Of a stretch of 64,000 nucleotides of DNA, positions 62,776-64,000 are shown in pieces. The stretch covers positions 270,787 to 334,786 of the forward strand of contig RQSC01000004.1 in NCBI GenBank assembly GCA_013416795.1, read 5' to 3'. Source of the DNA: Prasinococcaceae sp. CCMP 1430 (taxonomy: Eukaryota; Plantae; Prasinodermophyta). The position numbers were made by a program, and so were the translations under genes. The stretch's first letter is position 1, and every line of letters starts with the position of its first letter. Under the pieces are notes generated by a model. It was not told the origin of the DNA and did not search any database. It saw only the letters and a program-made list of their open reading frames with translations.

Positions 62776-63400
62776 TCATGACACGCCGAGCGCCCAGAAC
62801 CGCCTGCGCACGCCGCGAGCACGAGAGGTGCCGCCGCCGCTGCTGTCGCCACTGCTGCTGCCGCCGTCGCTGTCGCTTTCGCTGTTGCTGTCGCTATCTC
62901 CGGGCCAGCACACGCCTGCGAAGTCTGCAGCGCCGCTCCGTATGTCGTTGCCACTGCCGTCGCTGTCACTATCGCTGTCTGTGTCGTCGTCCTCTGCGGC
63001 CATGACGCAGCGAGCCACAAATTGTGGCACGACCTCAGGTGGTACGCGGGCGCGCGGGACGTGCTTGCATGGCCTTCGCGCGCGAGCGCGGCCGCCGACG
63101 CCCCGTGCGTGCTCAGGCGCACCGCCGAGCACCCAGAACGCGCACCTACATCGCGCGCAGAGGTGCAGCCCGTCGCGCGCGGTGGCACCGTTCGTGGTGT
63201 TCTCCTCGGCAGCCACCGATGCCGCGGCTTCGCGCCACGCGCGACAGACGCCTGCGGCTCGCGCCGCGTCGCGCGCACCAGCCGCGCGCAGCACTGCCTC
63301 GAGGGCGTCCCGCGGTAGCTCGTCTGCTGCGCAGCCGCAGCCGCCCTTCCTGCGCGATGCAGCGACCCGCGCGGCCTTGAGACGCGCGCGCGCGCGCGCC
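62776..63400 (-). CDS. F-box-like protein with a Cys/His cluster and an acidic Ser/Asp tail; 5' end unresolved
   Basis: DELPRDALEAVLRAAGARDAARAAGVCRAWREAA is an F-box-like pattern, followed by LCARCRC...CKH and DDDTDSDSDSD. Confidence 0.55.
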
Positions 63401-63404
63401 GCCG

Positions 63405-63767
63405 CTTTGGCACCCCCATCGCGACGTACAGTGCGGAGCACATGCCGCTCGCCACAGCCACGAACCTGGCCATGCGCGCCTCGCGCGCCGACCAGCGCGC
63501 GACGCGCGCGACGTGCAGCCCGCGCAGCGTCGTGAGCTCCGCTGCGAGCCCGCCATGTCCAGCCACGCCCGTGATGTCGGCCGGCGGCGAGCTGAGCGGC
63601 AGCACATCCCCGCCCGTCGACGCGCCAGCGCCGTTGTCGCTGTCGTTGGCGCCCACGTGACCCAGCTCGTAGAGGATGGGCACCACCTGGATGTGGGACT
63701 GGTACGCGAGGAGCGCGATGGGCAGCGCATTGAGCGGCGAGGTCTGCGCGTCCAGCCAGTCGGTGAG
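63405..63767 (-). CDS. Internal fragment of an amino-acid transporter (Aa_trans, SLC38/AVT6-like)
   Basis: LNALPIALLAYQSHIQVVPILYEL...MARFVAVASGMCSALYVAMG, bounded by the N at 63768 and a (CG)n tract near 63400. Confidence 0.6.
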
Positions 63768-63863
63768 NTCTCGGCGCGGCGGCGCGCGCGAGGGCGTCCG
63801 GGGGGGAGGGGAAGCGGTGCGCTGCGCAGGGCGCGCGGCGGCGCCGCGGGGGTGGAGCGCGCG

Positions 63864-64000
63864 ATGAGTTCCTGGGACAGCGACGTTGCGCAGGCTGCCG
63901 TGGACGAGGCTCTCGGCGCGCCGAGCTCGGCGCTCGATGTGGAGGGCGCCGTCAACGATGCGGTGAACGCGCACGCCGCGCCGCGCCCCTCGTTGCGAAC
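63864..64000 (+). CDS. Possible 5' end of a gene running off the window (MSSWDSDVAQAAVDEALG...)
   Basis: ATG in GCG-ATG context followed by an open, coding-like frame to the window end. Too short to identify. Confidence 0.3.
   Translation, partial: MSSWDSDVAQAAVDEALGAPSSALDVEGAVNDAVNAHAAPRPSLR

Noticed and set aside
13-64000. Hundreds of long Arg/Ala/Pro/Gly-rich ORFs in the supplied track (for example 2283-3830 +, 44330-47146 +, 33272-34687 +)
   Set aside because: They are antisense or shifted shadows of real genes, expected in very GC-rich DNA where stop codons are rare. They carry no domain motifs, and many begin at TTG/GTG/CTG.

Overview
This is a gene-dense, very GC-rich (roughly 70% or more by eye, not computed) eukaryotic nuclear window, most likely from a green alga. 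Evidence for that: an SBP-box transcription factor, the TPLATE/TSET subunits TASH3 and TWD40-2, a TBL/PC-esterase, a PAT11-type S-acyltransferase, DUF1995 and KNS3-like proteins, few short GT-AG introns with CTGAC branch points, and TGTAA near many stop codons. A prasinophyte-grade alga such as Prasinoderma is my inference, not a demonstrated assignment. About 35 protein-coding loci or fragments can be supported, left to right: PCO/ADO (partial), TFIIA-gamma, GlnRS, ABCD transporter, MED14, TMEM135, TBL, Rab escort protein, TRM13, Mpv17/PMP22, MYND protein, PAT11, TASH3, SYS1, TWD40-2, an NAD(P)-binding oxidoreductase, hypothetical proteins, a protein with RVxF repeats, SBP TF, Sel1-repeat protein, FkbM methyltransferase, OTU protease, TRAPPC8, mL54, a DUF1995 fusion, HSF, KNS3-like, RRP46, PDCD2L/TSR4, a TPR fragment, PIG-L, an F-box-like ORF and an amino-acid transporter fragment. 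I could not support any rRNA, tRNA, CRISPR array or transposon. The assembly has two long N gaps (57041-57220, 59828-60115) and four single-N joins (19517, 52392, 61935, 63768), and the last 5 kb looks fragmented. Most ORFs in the supplied track are antisense or shadow frames, and many of its 'M' starts are TTG/GTG/CTG. The most interesting signals are: (1) an unknown protein with five tandem repeats, each pairing an RVxF-type PP1-docking motif with a basophilic phosphosite; (2) two TSET/TPLATE subunits separated only by SYS1; (3) a PAT11 orthologue in which three of four ligands of one zinc site are replaced (DHFC); (4) several conserved ORFs with no AUG where one is expected, and head-to-head gene pairs with almost no intergenic space.
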